This document shows, piece after piece, positions 30,162 to 43,981 of a stretch of 64,000 nucleotides of DNA. Both the position numbers and the translations under genes were made by a program. A model generated the notes under the pieces. That model did not search any database and had not been told where the DNA came from. It saw only the letters and a program-made list of their open reading frames with translations. The stretch is from the human T2T-CHM13v2.0 reference genome, Homo sapiens. How positions within the stretch are numbered: position 1 is the first letter of the stretch; every line of letters starts with the position of its first letter. The stretch lies in NCBI RefSeq assembly GCF_009914755.1, contig NC_060928.1. One strand, written 5' to 3'.

Positions 30162-31219
30162 TAGCATTAGGAGATATACCTAATGCTAACTGATGAGTTA
30201 ATGGGTGGAGCACACCAGCATGGCACATGTATACATATGTAACTAACCTGCACATTGTGCACATGTACCCTAAAACTTAAAGTATAATAATAATAAAAAA
30301 AAAAGAAAGAAAAGAAAAACACCCGTATCTGTTTCAGAAGAAAAAAAAACCCTAGGTTAAAAACTGAGGGAAATATGATTCAATATATCTTTCCCATTAA
30401 TAGGGAAAATTTAAATTGCTAACATTTTTAAGGTCATACATTTCTAACCTTTTTAAGATGTTACCTTTGGGGGGAAAAAAAGCTCTCTATTTGCCATTCT
30501 CATCAGCATAGCCTCTCTCCCTGGGCTTCTCCTTGGCATTTGAATTGTCCACCATTTCCACCTATAGGCCTGCTTCTAAACTATAACCCTGCTCAGATCT
30601 CAAGTTACATCACAAGAGTCTGTGTTCTGGAAGAATAATGCACTGAATTTTAATCATGATAATTCAGGCTTAGTATCTTTAAATACAACATAGCAGATGC
30701 AAGGTTAAATGGCAGTTTCAGTCTTTGACTGGAATTCGCCTTAAGATAAGAAAAGCAAGTTTTAGAACATGATCCTATGAGCCTAGGAAGACAGACTTAG
30801 CCAAAATATTCCTATACTCTGCTTACTGTAAATGCATGTGATTTTGGTTCTTTCTTGAAATTGGTGTTCTGGTATTTGCTTAAGAGATTCTGAGTCGTAA
30901 AGTGAGGAGTTATTTTAGGAGAAAATTTTTATTTTGTTTAGCTAAACAATTGACAGCATTACTGCCCTTTTCCTAACTACTGAAACTTGGCAATTAGCAT
31001 TCCAGTGTTTTATGATTTATAAATAATAGTTTTGTTACAGTTCTCTTCATTAAATATGCCAAGATACATGTTTTTGTACTTATGAATTTTTGTGTAGGGA
31101 AAATCATTTATTTTATTTAAAAGTATAAGCTATCCACAATCTCTCTGTGTTTCAGGAGGTTACAACACATAGGATTGTCCCATATTATTATAAAACCAAC
31201 ACAATTGTGGTGTATTAAC

Positions 31220-32247
31220 TGTTAAAGTAAAAATTACTCAATGACACTTTTTAAAGCATGATAAGGACGACTTTATTCAGGAACATTGCAAAAGGTATAG
31301 GGACCACTGCAATGGGATTTTGCAGTAGAGGAGAGACATAAGGTAAGGTTATTTTCAATTGAAATTCTATGGCTTGTTTATCCTATAGCATTAAGAGAAA
31401 AGGAAGATATAAAATTATATATGGAATTATAGTTATCTATACACACCTATTCATACACACTCCAGAATAAAATAAATTCAAATGTTATTAGTTATCTTTG
31501 GATAATAGCATATTAGATTATTGTTTTTGTCTTTCTGACTTTTCTGTATTTTCCAAATTTGTAGTAGTAAATGTAATGTTTAGTTAGATTTTTGGAGGAT
31601 GTTTTCTTTATCCAGAATCAGAAATTCTGAATTTCAGTATTTTAAATGAAATCCTTGTGTTCTGCTTTTGAAGATTACATTATTAATCACTTAAAAGATC
31701 TTAGTTTGAAGAGAAAAATCAGAATATGCTTAATTGACATAATATATTGATGCTGAAGGACTGTGTTTTCTTCATGTTGAAAAAGTGTTCTTTTTGTTAC
31801 CATTGACTACAAATGCTTGAGTCTCAGTATTTCTATGAGATAATTTTGTTTTGAGTTTCTTTTGGGGTGAAACAAAGAGAATGCTAAATTAATGAGTTTG
31901 ACTCAGGTGTTCTCAAGGCCAGTTCATTGACAGGTGGGCAAGAAGGCATTTATAGCCAAGAAGCAGAGTGGGGCTCAATGGATGACTAAGAAACATCGAG
32001 GGTACAGGGGATGCTGGCTAAACCAGCCTTACAGGATTCTTGCCACAAACAGGCCAGGGTGATCAGATATCACGTGGGGAGTGGTAGAGGATGAGGAACA
32101 CAGTATCTATTGTATAGGGGGAGGGTTCTTGCTAAACTGACTTAGCACAGTTCTTCCCAAAATTGGATTTTACATGAAGTACACAAATGGGGCTCTGTGA
32201 AGACTCGGGACCATGACTAAAGTTTGGTCAAGCAAAACTCTTTATCA
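31220..32247 (-). mobile_element. MER31-type ERV1 solo LTR, interrupted at about 31338-31930
   Basis: Starts TGTTAAAG, ends GACTAAAGTTTGGTCAAGCAAAACTCTTTATCA; 4-bp TSD TAAC at 31216-31219 and 32248-32251. Confidence 0.8.
31376..31930 (-). repeat. Inverted duplicate of 36902-37442 (derived copy)
   Basis: Reverse-complement alignment by eye over about 550 bp, roughly 90% identical with a few indels. Confidence 0.95.
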
Positions 32248-33769
32248 TAACATATTTAGAAATAGATTTAAAATCTGTAGGATATGATATGAAATAGGTG
32301 AGTGGGGGTGGTAAAAGGCTCTCTTGTTCAAGGGGTAAATAACCATTGCTGAAAATGGCAAATCTGTGGGAGTATCTTCCATATTAGTCCAGGCTATTTG
32401 CAAACAGAATAACAAATAACAGTTTATGGCTTGATAAAAAGGAAAAAAAGGCAAAATGCCTCTCCTGGCTTATGACTATAAGGACTCTGCCCAAATAATC
32501 CAATCTCATTCACACACTTTATCATGTAAAGAAGAAAAGTTAGAAATTGTTAAGTACTGGTGTCTGTACCAAGTAGTGAGTGAATGCTTTGTATCCCTGT
32601 TCTGAGGACAATCTCAAAACCTTACCGATTTTTACTCCCTTGCTTTCACTAGCTTGTTCTTTGATCTTGGGACTTGTCTTATCAAAATCATGTGCTGTTA
32701 CCTGTCTCTTCCCTTCTAGCTCAGACGTCACATCCTCAAAGAGGTGTTCCTTGACTCCTGGAACTGAGCCAGGTTCATTGCCAACTCTTTGAATTTCCCC
32801 AAAGTAGATCTCCTCTCATTTTAACGTCACAACTAAAACAAGTGTTACTATTTTTAACTCTTGGTAATTTCCATAGGAGTAGAGATCAGATCTATCTTGT
32901 TCACCATCATAGTTTAATGTCTGACCTATAGTAGGTGCTCACTAAATGACACCAGTAGTTAGTTAGCAATGGTGATATTAGCAGTCCAAACTCTGCCTGG
33001 ATAATCTCATCTCCCTTCATGGATTTAGATTATCACCTATATATTAGGCACTTCCAATTCTCTGCTTCCCATCAACTTTTCTCTACCAAGTTTTAGACAC
33101 TTATATCCATGTGATAAGGGAGCAGACTCTAGAACCAGACTACTTGGGTTTCTATTCTTGACTCTGCCCCTATTTCCATTCATTACATTCTGTATACAAA
33201 TTCTATTCAGAGAAGTCAAATCACTTTGAACAAATTGTCCTTAATTTCTGTATGTTCTCAGCCTCCTTTTCTCTAAAACACAGGGGAGAGAGGCTGTGAG
33301 ATACAGTGTCTGACATAAGTTAGTGTTCAATAAATGCTAGCTCTTGCCATTAGTACCACCACTACTACTGCTGCTGCTGCTGTTGCAGATGCAGTTATTA
33401 TTCTATTATTATTATTCTCAGCTATTTCACCCTATTTCTAATAGAAACTATCTAAAAATGAACTCTCTGTCTCTCCATTGCCAAAACTATCTCTACGTCT
33501 CGTATTCTCTTTCTTAGTTCACCGAATTCATCTTATCACCATCCACCCAATTACCTAGCAGATGCCTTTGAGTCACACTCACCTTCTCTCCTGCCCCCAG
33601 CTTCCACTCTGTACCATCCAGTGAATCCCTAAACCCTGCTCATGAGGTCTTATCAATATCTCATACGTATCTCCTTCTCTCTATCCCCATGGCTCTTTTT
33701 CAGGTCCCATCACCACTAGCTTCTTTACCAGTCTTACTGCTTTCAGTCTCCTACCTCTGCAGTCCAACT

Positions 33770-35300
33770 GTTCCCTCAGCAAATGTTCATCAGCTACTAT
33801 GTGCCAGATATTGCTTACAGGCTTAAGATATAGAAGTAAACAGACGAATAGAAAAAAAAAAATCCCCACCTTCATGGAACTTGCATTTCAGTGGTAAATT
33901 ATATAACATTAAAAGTCAGCAAGTCCCATAAAAAAATACAAGGTAGAAAGTTGTGGATTGGGGTGGGATGTTTGCAATTTTAAAACGGACAGTTAGGACA
34001 GATCTTTTTGATAAAGTGGCATATGACTGAAAATGAAGAAAGTATGGGGATGAGCCTTGGAGATATCCGGGAGAAGTGTGTTTCAGAAAGAGAGCTCACC
34101 TAGTGAGGTGGGAGGACACCTAGTTGCTGAAGAAATAGTAAAAAGGCCAGTGCATTTTGAGTAGAGGCCAAGGAAGGAAAGAGGTAGAGGATGAGGTAAG
34201 AGTGGCAATTATGGGCCAGATACATGAAGCTCTGGAGGCCACTATAAGGATACTGGTTTTACTCTGAGTGAAACAGAAGCTATTGTAGCAATTTGAGCAC
34301 AGAAGAGACATGATCTGACTGCTGCACTGAAAACCGCCTGAAAGTGGGAAAGATAGAAGCTGGGAGAACAGTTAGGAGGCTACTATGGAAATCCAGATGA
34401 TAGATGCTGTTATCTTGGACATGAGTGTTACCAGTGGAGACAGTGAGAAGTGTTCAGAGTCTGGATATATTTGAAAATTGATAGCTGATGGATTGGAAGT
34501 GGAATCTGAGAGAGAGAGGTTTATAAAATAAGACAAAAATAAAGGATGTCTCTCAAATGTTTGGCCTTTGCACCAGAAAGATGGAGTACCATCAGTAGAT
34601 ATGGAAAATTGCAGAAATCCTAGGTTGCAATGGGGGTGGAAGGGAAATTATTGGTAGTTCAGTTTGGGGCATATTAAGTTTGAGATGTCTATTGGACATC
34701 CCAGTGGGAGATCTTAGCCAGTTTATTTTATAAGCCTGGAGTTCTGGGGAGAGGTCCTGGCTAGAAATATAAATGTAGGAGTTGTCAGCAGAAGAGAAGA
34801 AGGCTGAAGGCTGAGCTTTAAGGCATTCACATGTTAAGAGGTGAGATCAAAAGGCAGTACAAACAAAGAACACCAAAAAGTAACAGCCAGGGAAGCAGAA
34901 GGAAAACAGTGGTATAGCACCCAGAGGGCACTTGAAGAAAGAAATTCAAGGAAGGATTGATTTAACAAATAAGATTTAGAATTGACCACTGGATTCATAA
35001 TGAGGAGAGAAGTTTGGGGAGAATAGTGAGGATAAAAATAGTGAGGATAAAAATCCAATTAGTCTGATTAAAATGAGTTTAGGAGAATTGTAGAAGAGAA
35101 AATGGAACTAATAAGTACAGACAGCTTTTTCAAGTATTTCTGTTATAAAAGAATAAAGAAATGGGGTGGTAATTGAAAGGAGAACTGGAATCAAAGCTAA
35201 GTTTTAAGATTATAAAAGTATATTATGTATGAATTCTAATGGAAATGATCTAGTAGAGAGGCAAAGACGGATATAGGAGAAAAATAATCAGCCAAGGAGA
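33770..35300 (-). mobile_element. L2 LINE, long fragment
   Basis: CAGCAAATGTTCATCAGCTACTATGTGCCAGA ... ATATTAAGTTTGAGATGTCTATTGGACATCCCAGTGG ... TTGACCACTGGATT ... ACAGCTTTTTCAAG. Confidence 0.8.
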
Positions 35301-36250
35301 AAAGTCCTTCAGAATGACATGAGGAATTGTCCCTTGATGGGAGGACTGACACTTTCTCCATTATAAAATGAGGGAAGAAGAGCCACCTATGCAGGTGCAA
35401 CTGGGTTGGATGGCAGGAAGATAAAGTAGTTCACATCTGATAGTTTCTGTTTATCAGTGGAATATAAAGTGAGATCAACAGCTGAGAATGAGGGGATAGA
35501 GGCAGTCTCACAAGTTTGATTATGAAATTGCTGTCTCAGAAAATAAAAACAAGGCTACTAGAAAAACAGTATTTTTTTTTCTTTCTCTGTGAGGTTACAG
35601 TGTAAATCTCCAAATCTGATAGAAAGATGAGGCACTCATCTTCAGGTGTTTACCACCTGTACACCTGAACATTTTCTTCTACTTGTTCCTGTTATAGCCT
35701 CACTGCTACTTGATGCTTGCTAGAATTAATTAACAATGCTATATTCTTGGTATCTAAAAGGCATTTTATATATGTTATATAACTGGATCTTTATAATAAC
35801 CTTGAAAGGTAGAGTATTTTGTCCTTATTTTTCAAAAGGTAAAACCATTTTGGAGAGGTCGGATAACTTGCCCAAAAGCATAAGAGTAATAATTCGCAAT
35901 ATCTGGATTTCAACCCTGATCTGTGTGATTCAAAGTGTTATTTCTATGCTTTGTAAATATACCTCTACATAGAAAGACATTATATTTCTTCCTTTAAGGA
36001 TGAAAGGCAAGTACAAAATATTTGCATCTATGGATGTCTAGCATAATGCCTGGAAAAGAGTGGCCCTCTTATAAGTACTTGTCAAAAGACAGAATGTTTT
36101 TTATTTAACCATCACAATAACATTATACTGTCCATTTACACAGATGAGAACTAAGGCTAAATAACTCACTCATGATCTTATAGCAAGTTAGAATAAGTGA
36201 CCAATTTGTAACACTAACTCAGATCATCTAACTCCTAAGTTCTCATTACT

Positions 36251-36640
36251 TGTTACAGGCAAAATTGTGTCCCTACAAAATTCGTATATTGAAGTCCTGA
36301 GCCTTAGTACTTCAGAATATGACTGTATTTAAAGACGGGGTTTTTAAAGAGGTAATTAAGTGAAAGTGAGGTCCATAGGATGACCCTTAAAAAAGATGAC
36401 TGTTGTCCTTACATGAAGATGAAATTAGTACACAAACACACGCAGAGAGAAGACGACGTGAAGACAATGGGGAGGAGGTGACCATCTACCAAGGAAGGAG
36501 AGAGGTTTCAGGAGAAACCAACCCTGCTGACACCTTGATCTCAGTCTTCTAGCCTCCAAAACTGTAAGAAAGTTAATTTCTGTGGTTTAAGCCACCCAGT
36601 CTGTGGTACTTTGTTATGGCAGTCCTAACAAACTAATACA
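36251..36640 (+). mobile_element. MLT1B-like MaLR solo LTR (390 bp)
   Basis: TGTTACAGGCAAAATTGTGTCCC...CCCTGCTGACACCTTGATCTC...GGCAGTCCTAACAAACTAATACA. Confidence 0.85.
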
Positions 36641-36901
36641 ACATCTCTCCCACTATTGTAGAAACAAAGCATTTCACTTCTTCCATGGGTGTCAATATGT
36701 TGAATTACTAACTCAATATGTTGAACTATATGGCCTTCTGAGAAATAATTCAGTTGTGCCAAAGTCCCCAGCAATCATAATCACTTAATAAATAGTTTTG
36801 GATAAATAAATCATTAACAAATAAATTTGCATAACAAAGATAAGCCTCTAATTGCTCCAGATCAGACTTCCTTGAACTGGAGAAATGAGTGACTCTGCCC
36901 A

Positions 36902-37442
36902 TCAATGAACTGACCTTGAGAACACCTGAGTCAAATTCATTAATTTAGCATTTTCTCTTTGTTCCATCCCAAAAGAAACTCAAAAAAAAATTACCCTATG
37001 TAAATACTGAGACTCAAGCATTGGTAACAAAAAGGGCACTTTACAAACATGAAGAAAACATAGTCTTTTGGCATCATTACATTATGTCAGTGAAGGATAT
37101 TCTGATTTTTCTCTTCAAACTAAGATATTTTAAATGATTAATAATGTAATCTTCAAAGCAGAACACTTGGATTTCATTTAAAATATTCAAATTCAGAATT
37201 CCTGATTCTGGATAAAGAAAGCATCCTCCAAAAATCTAACTAAACATTACATTTACTACTACAAATTTGGAAAATACAGAAAAGTCAGAGAGACAAAAAC
37301 AATCATCTAATATCCTATCACCCAAAGATAACTAATAACATTTGAATTTATTTTATTCTGGAATGTGTATTAATAGGAGTGTATACATAACTATAATTCC
37401 ATGTATAATTTTATATCTTCCTTTTAATGCTATAGGATAAAC
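36902..37442 (+). repeat. Donor copy of the inverted duplication
   Basis: Reverse complement of 31376-31930; its right part appears continuous with an old L1 relic. Confidence 0.93.
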
Positions 37443-37920
37443 TTATTTGCAAATCTTTTAAAATCTGTATACAATTTGCACAGTAGCTACACCAAACTTT
37501 ATGTAAACATTCTTTTTTTGGCTTTGATAAAAATAATTGATCTCATCACATGATCCTATATGTGAAACAACCTTGTGGGGGTACATACATATAAAATATG
37601 CTTTCTTCAAACAAATGCTAGGCTATAAAAAACGCACAATAAGATAACTTCTGAGGCAGGTGTGGAGGAAGGGGCTTCTGAGAAGAAGTACTGTCACTCT
37701 CTACTGCATGTACTTCTGTGTTATTTAAGGAGCATTCATTATTTTTGTAATTTAAATAATTTAAAATAACACTGCAGTGAACATATTTGTGTATAAAACT
37801 CTTCCTAAATTTCAAATTATGGTCTTGGTATAAATTCCCAGAAATGTATTATTAAATCAGAGGGTCTGAACATTTTGAAGCCTTTTGATAAAAACTGGCA
37901 AATTGCTTTCCTAATGAGTT
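37250..37920 (-). mobile_element. Ancient L1 (L1ME-like) 3' relic
   Basis: AAATTTGGAAAATACAGAAAAG...CACCCAAAGATAAC...TAAATTCCCAGAAATG...GGCAAATTGCTTTCC. Confidence 0.55.
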
Positions 37921-38069
37921 GTCATGAGTATATTCTTGAGGAAAATAGTAAACAATTGAACCAGAAAGAAATATTTCTCATCACAAATTTAAATGAGCTT
38001 GGCTCACCACAGTTCAATTCTAAATACATACCCTTACCCCTTTTCACTATTTTCTCTCACTGAGAAAGC

Positions 38070-38343
38070 TGAACTAGATAATCATTTCAATATAATGTAC
38101 ATATACATAGTGCATTATACTGGAATGATTATCTGGTTTGAACTTTGAACTAGATAATCATTCCAATATAATGAAATGAAAGGCTTATTTTATATATAAT
38201 ATGTTGTTTTATATATAATATGTTATAACATTTTTATGTAATATTATAACACTTTATGTTATGTAGCTTTATATATAATAGTTTATTTTATATATATTAT
38301 AACATACATAATATATATAAATAAGTCTTTCATTTTAATATCA
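38070..38343. repeat. Cluster of short direct and inverted repeats plus AT-rich low complexity
   Basis: About 28-bp unit in +/-/+ arrangement, followed by a second inverted repeat of about 35-40 bp around a (TA)-rich core. Confidence 0.85.
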
Positions 38344-39317
38344 CTAAAAAAGCATACTTATAAAATATTATATATGTATTTAGTCTGCTTGACTTTTAAT
38401 AAACACTTGAAAGTCTTTTTCTGATTATAAAAAACTGTGCAATAGCTTTTAATATCAGGTTATTTTATTGATTTAAAATGTGAAATACAAATAGATGTCA
38501 TCTTTGTTACAAAATATCTATTTCCATAGTTAATTTGATTACTTTAAAATTCTAAAATAAACTTAATGATGATCTTTGGATGTTTCAAATGATAGATTGA
38601 TTAGAACAAATTTTATTCAGAGCATGAAATAATTAGGTTGGTTTCCTATTTTCTTGAAAGATAATTATCAGATTATTCAAAGCGTTTTATGGATGTGTTA
38701 TTTTTGCTTTAATGTGGTCAATAGGTCTAGACACAGAAGTTAAAAAACAGCACAAAAAGTTCAAATAGTTGGTTGTATTTTAAGCATAAAACCAAGGAGA
38801 GTAGCAAGGTATCATGAAAAGTGTCCAGGGTTTTGTTATGGGCAGACCTGAGTTCAAATCTCAACTTTGCTGTTTATTAGCTTTGTGACCTAAAAGTTAT
38901 TAGAAGTTATTTAACTTTGCTTAGTTTTAGTATTTTTCATTTATAGAATAGAAGAGGAAAACAACTGCAATGGCTTTTAACACTGTAACTTAATTGATGC
39001 TTAATAAATGGTAGCTATTTTTATCATGCTGAAGACAAGAAAGATGTGTGCTATTTCACATTTTTTAAATAGAAAATAAATTATAGTATCTATTACCTGA
39101 ATTCTATAGCTATGCTCACATACTAGAGACTATTTTATTTCCATCTGCACATAAGAATTTACATATATATAGATATTTTCTCATTTTCATTCTCTGAGAT
39201 CTGACATATAATTTTATATACTAATTTCAAATATAAGTATATTTAAATATAAAGTTTTTAAGTAACATGTAAACAGTGTGTGTGTGTATGTATGTGTGAT
39301 TATAATAGTCCTAACCA

Positions 39318-39735
39318 TATTCATTCATTCAACAAATATTCATTGAACACTTTTACATATGCTCAGTATTGTTCTAGGAATCATGGAAATCAAGAAGTCA
39401 AAAAAGTCAAAAAAAGTGACAACAATTCTTACCTACATAGAACATGTATTCAAATGCGGGGCGGGGAAGCAGTGAAAAGGCAAATAAGTAAAAAATATAG
39501 CACATATTAAAAAGTGATAGCTGCTAAGGAGAAAAATGGTCAAGAAAGTGAGATAAAAATTGGGGGGGTTGCAAATTTAGAATAGAGTTTAGAAAAGAAG
39601 GCCTTACTGATATGCCATTTGAATAATAACCTGAAGAAAGTGAGGAAGCCAGCCACATGGATATGAAGTAAAAGCTTTCCAGGCAGAGCAAACAGCAAGT
39701 GCAAAAGTACTGAGGTGGGGACATGCCTGGAAAAG
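39318..39735 (-). mobile_element. L2 LINE 3' end
   Basis: ATTCATTCATTCAACAAATATTCATTGAACAC...CCAGGCAGAGCAAACAGCAAGTGCAAAAG. Confidence 0.8.
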
Positions 39736-42247
39736 CCCTATAAATGCCCTCATGGGGGTATTATGAGGATTAAATGAATTTAGCACATGTAAAACACCAA
39801 GAATGTATCTGCTACATAGAAAGAGCTCCATAAATTTTAGTTATTATTTGCAGTTCTTAGCATTAGTCATTTTATTTAAAAATCATTAAGTAATATTTTT
39901 ATATTTGTTTCAAAATTTTCAGTTTCTATCCAGGTATTTGGAATTATGTATACTTAGCCTCATATCATTTAGGCCATTGTGTAAATAATTTCTAGTTTTA
40001 ATCATATGTAATATAATGACATATTCTAAGGTAAGACAGGTTCTATCCCTCCTTTCCTACTACATTTAAAGTTCTTGATTTCTCCTGTATCTAGCACAGT
40101 AATGACGTACACTTTATACATGTTTATAAAGTTTTCTTCATTGACTGAAGGAATGAACATGCTATTTTTTGGTAACTACTTACAGTTTTTGCAGATTGTC
40201 CTCATTCACTACACGACAGTTTAACTGTGTTTTCTCATGCAGATTATAAGTTGGAAAGCTCTCATTAGCTCATTCATTAATTTTTATGATTGCCTACAAG
40301 TATCATTATTTAGTGCAATATAAATATGGTGAAAAGATGCTATTCATGTAGGGAGAGCTGTTATAAATCAGGAAGCTTGTTAGTGATTGCCAGTTGAACT
40401 AAGATCTGCTATGTTTTACTACATTTCAGAAAATAAATCCATCTGGCCTTGAGTTTTACTATTTCTTTTATCTATTTGCTAAAGGTTGATTTTGCATTAA
40501 CAAGAAATTATAAAAGTAAAGACTTGAATATGTCTAACATTTTGAATCAGCTTATTTATATTAGCTTCCAGAAGCAAAGGGTAATACTCATAAGGTCAAG
40601 ACTAGTGTTGCATTTAGAAACTGTATAAGTCACAGTATTATCTGGGTGAAGTACAATGAACATTTGTTTGACAACTTTGACATCTGCTTCGCCGTACTAG
40701 AAACTCTTAATACTGGAATCCGCAAGCACAAATATACATCTGTTTGACTCAAATGAATATTAGTTGAAGAATAATGACCTGAAAACTAGATATCCCCTGA
40801 GGGTAGTTTTATAAAATTACCAAGCTGTTTTGTTTTCTATTTAAAGTGTGTTTGACATCAGAAAAGACTACATTTTATATAGCAGAAATATGAGAAATTA
40901 GTCTAAGTAGTTTTTAGGAGAAAATATGCATTCTTAATGTTACTGTTCTGAGCATGGTTGAGTGGTAGCATGTAACTTTTCTGTACCTAAAATTTCACAG
41001 TAAAAAATTGAAGTGCTGTGGTAAATTATTATTAATACTGTATTGTTCTATGAAACAAACTAAGAGATTTAATTTTCGCCATTAGTCGAGGACCACAGTA
41101 ATTTCATTGTGTGAGAACACAATAAAACCACCACAGCACCAGTAATTTGGGACCAAAAAATCTGAAAAAATATATATTATGGAAATAATTATTTACTGTA
41201 AAGCAAAACTTCTTAAATAAGTATGTTGAGGAGAAAACTACTATAAATCAGACTTTAAGAGACAATAAGTCCCAGAGGACCCAAGAAATATAAATCAAGA
41301 CAGGAAATGTGATTGTAAAACAAAGAGCAAAGAACTGTAAATCAAGGCTGGATATTCCCTAAGAGAGACACATGAAGCACTGGAAGGATTTTAGTCAAAA
41401 GGTAGGAGAGTTTGTACCATGACGGAAAAGAATAGGGCTAAAATTTAAATATCAGATAGGGAAGAAACTGTTTATAAGACGTGTGGTTTGAACTCAGTAA
41501 TCACTACACGTTTCTCATCTTCATATTCAGCCCATTGTCCTCCGTCTCAATTGCACTTTCATTTCTGTGATCCTGCTCTCCCAAACACTGCTATGGCTCC
41601 TCCCCACTTAACTCTGCCCTATTGCCTGGCCATGTACCCAACCAACCTCCTCACTGTGTCTTCCGCAAAGCCCCCAGAACCTACTACTTTGTTATTATCA
41701 AGGTCTCATTTAGCCTTACTGTTTCCATTCAGTAGGTCTTCCACATCCTCATGTTGATTTACAGCTTACTTGCTACGCATGACACCTCTTGCTTTGGCTA
41801 CTGTCATGTATAGGCCTCTGGGTCTTGCGATCCATGTATGATGCAGTTTCAATCCTCTACCACTGATGTCTCTTTCCATTGCATTGACTTATCACTTCTG
41901 TTTTAACACTTTTTGAAATCCATGATTTTAAAATACAAACATCTTGCCACGCCTCCCAGTCCTTATCACTTTACAAACATTCCTCCATATTCTAAAGTTC
42001 ATGGTTGTATTATGGAATCAAAATTTTTCTTTCTCCTCATCCATTTTCTTACAGGGCATCAACGTCGACCACCCGTTTAACTGTCTTCAGAGTTACTTCA
42101 CTTATCATATTTGATGAACTTGCTTTTCATTTGACCTCAGGCACTCACACACACATGACAGTATTGTGAATTTATAATTACCCGGAAATGCTCACCCCGA
42201 AGATCTTAAACTCCATATATTTGTATCAAAGAAATGTTCAGAATGGT

Positions 42248-42549
<302 letters not shown>

Positions 42550-43913
42550 TTACTGAGCGCCATGGAAGGGCACTGGAGGCTGGAAAGACTTTGTCGTATT
42601 TTTCATAGATAAGACTTTTAGCCTCAACCTCGTGTATTTTTTAATTCATCCAGAATTTACCTAATACTCATTTATTGTAGGACTGGGCTATAATGGCACA
42701 ATCGAAATGCATTAAATCAAATTGTAAGAAGAGTAATTTATGTTAAGACGTGTAGAACCAAAAGACTAGAATGCCTATGTCTATTTGTCAGTGCACGTTT
42801 CTTCTGTACACATAAAATAATTACTGCAAGTTTGCTTTAGTAAACACCAGAGGAATCATCAAAAGGAAATGAACAATAATGAATACCATAAGTGAATTAG
42901 GATAGCTTGGTACACCCATCTCCTGCCATGCTCTATGGTCAGGATGATGCCTGTGTTAGACGGTGCTGAAAAATCACCAACACCTTGTCATTGTTTGGCT
43001 CTATTTTCTCTATGTGTGTATATTAGTCCTTCAACAGACAGTTACTAGAGAAAGGGATCAAACTAGTTGATTAGGAGACAGCCAGAGAGCATGGGACTAG
43101 AAGAGTGTCCACTATGCCATTTTCTTAGCCATGTGGCTTCTACAAGTCACTTAGCCTCTCTAAGCCGCTCAACTTCTTAAATGTGAAAAGACAATGCTAT
43201 CTTCCTCTTATTAGCTATGTGACCACTTAATGAGATAATGTATTTGAAAATGCTCTGTAATTTGCAAAACTTTATAAAATGGATATATGCATATCTGTTT
43301 TAACAAACATGCCAAGCCAAGCAACATACTGAGATTCCTTGGTAAAACCACACTATAACTTCACAAAGAACGTATTTACACACTGCTTAAGATGGATTTC
43401 TTATATGTAAATAACCATAATCATTCCATATTAAAGCTTATGAAATTCTATTTCCAAAGGTAACATATTCCACATGTTTTTCCCAGCTGATGAAGTATAA
43501 CCTAAGATCTATATACTGACCATGTTCCACCCTTCTACATCATCCGTTCTTTGCCTCAGCTGGCTGATCTTTGTCATCTTCCACACTTGACCTTCTTGAT
43601 TTCTTCCCTTTACTTAGCTGGCTTCTCTCTCAAACTGTCTGCTTCCACATCAGCTGTCAGCATTTCCTCACTTTGCATTCAGTTTCTTCCACTGCCGATA
43701 ATCAACTGCTCAATTTAACACTTTTAAAACTTATCTCTGCAAAAATAAGAATAACCTCCTAATTATCTCACTCAATACTCTCTTTCCAGCACTCAGGCTA
43801 TAAGACGTTGCTGCAGGATTTGATACTTCTTAAAACCTCTCCTCCCTTGGTGTTTACAACAATGAAGAAAACTGAGTTGACATTCACATAGAAAAATGAA
43901 AGAAACTAAAATC

Positions 43914-43981
43914 TTTTTTTGTAATTATACTTTGAGTTTTAGGGTACATGTGCACAACCTGCAGGTTAGTTACATATGTAT
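43914..43981 (-). mobile_element. Extremely 5'-truncated L1PA 3' end (about 68 bp)
   Basis: T7-GTAATTATACTTTGAGTTTTAGGGTACATGTGCACAACCTGCAGGTTAGTTACATATGTAT is the reverse complement of the L1 terminus. Confidence 0.85.

Noticed and set aside
35641-35669. 9-bp stem TTCAGGTGT...ACACCTGAA
   Set aside because: Short enough to be expected by chance
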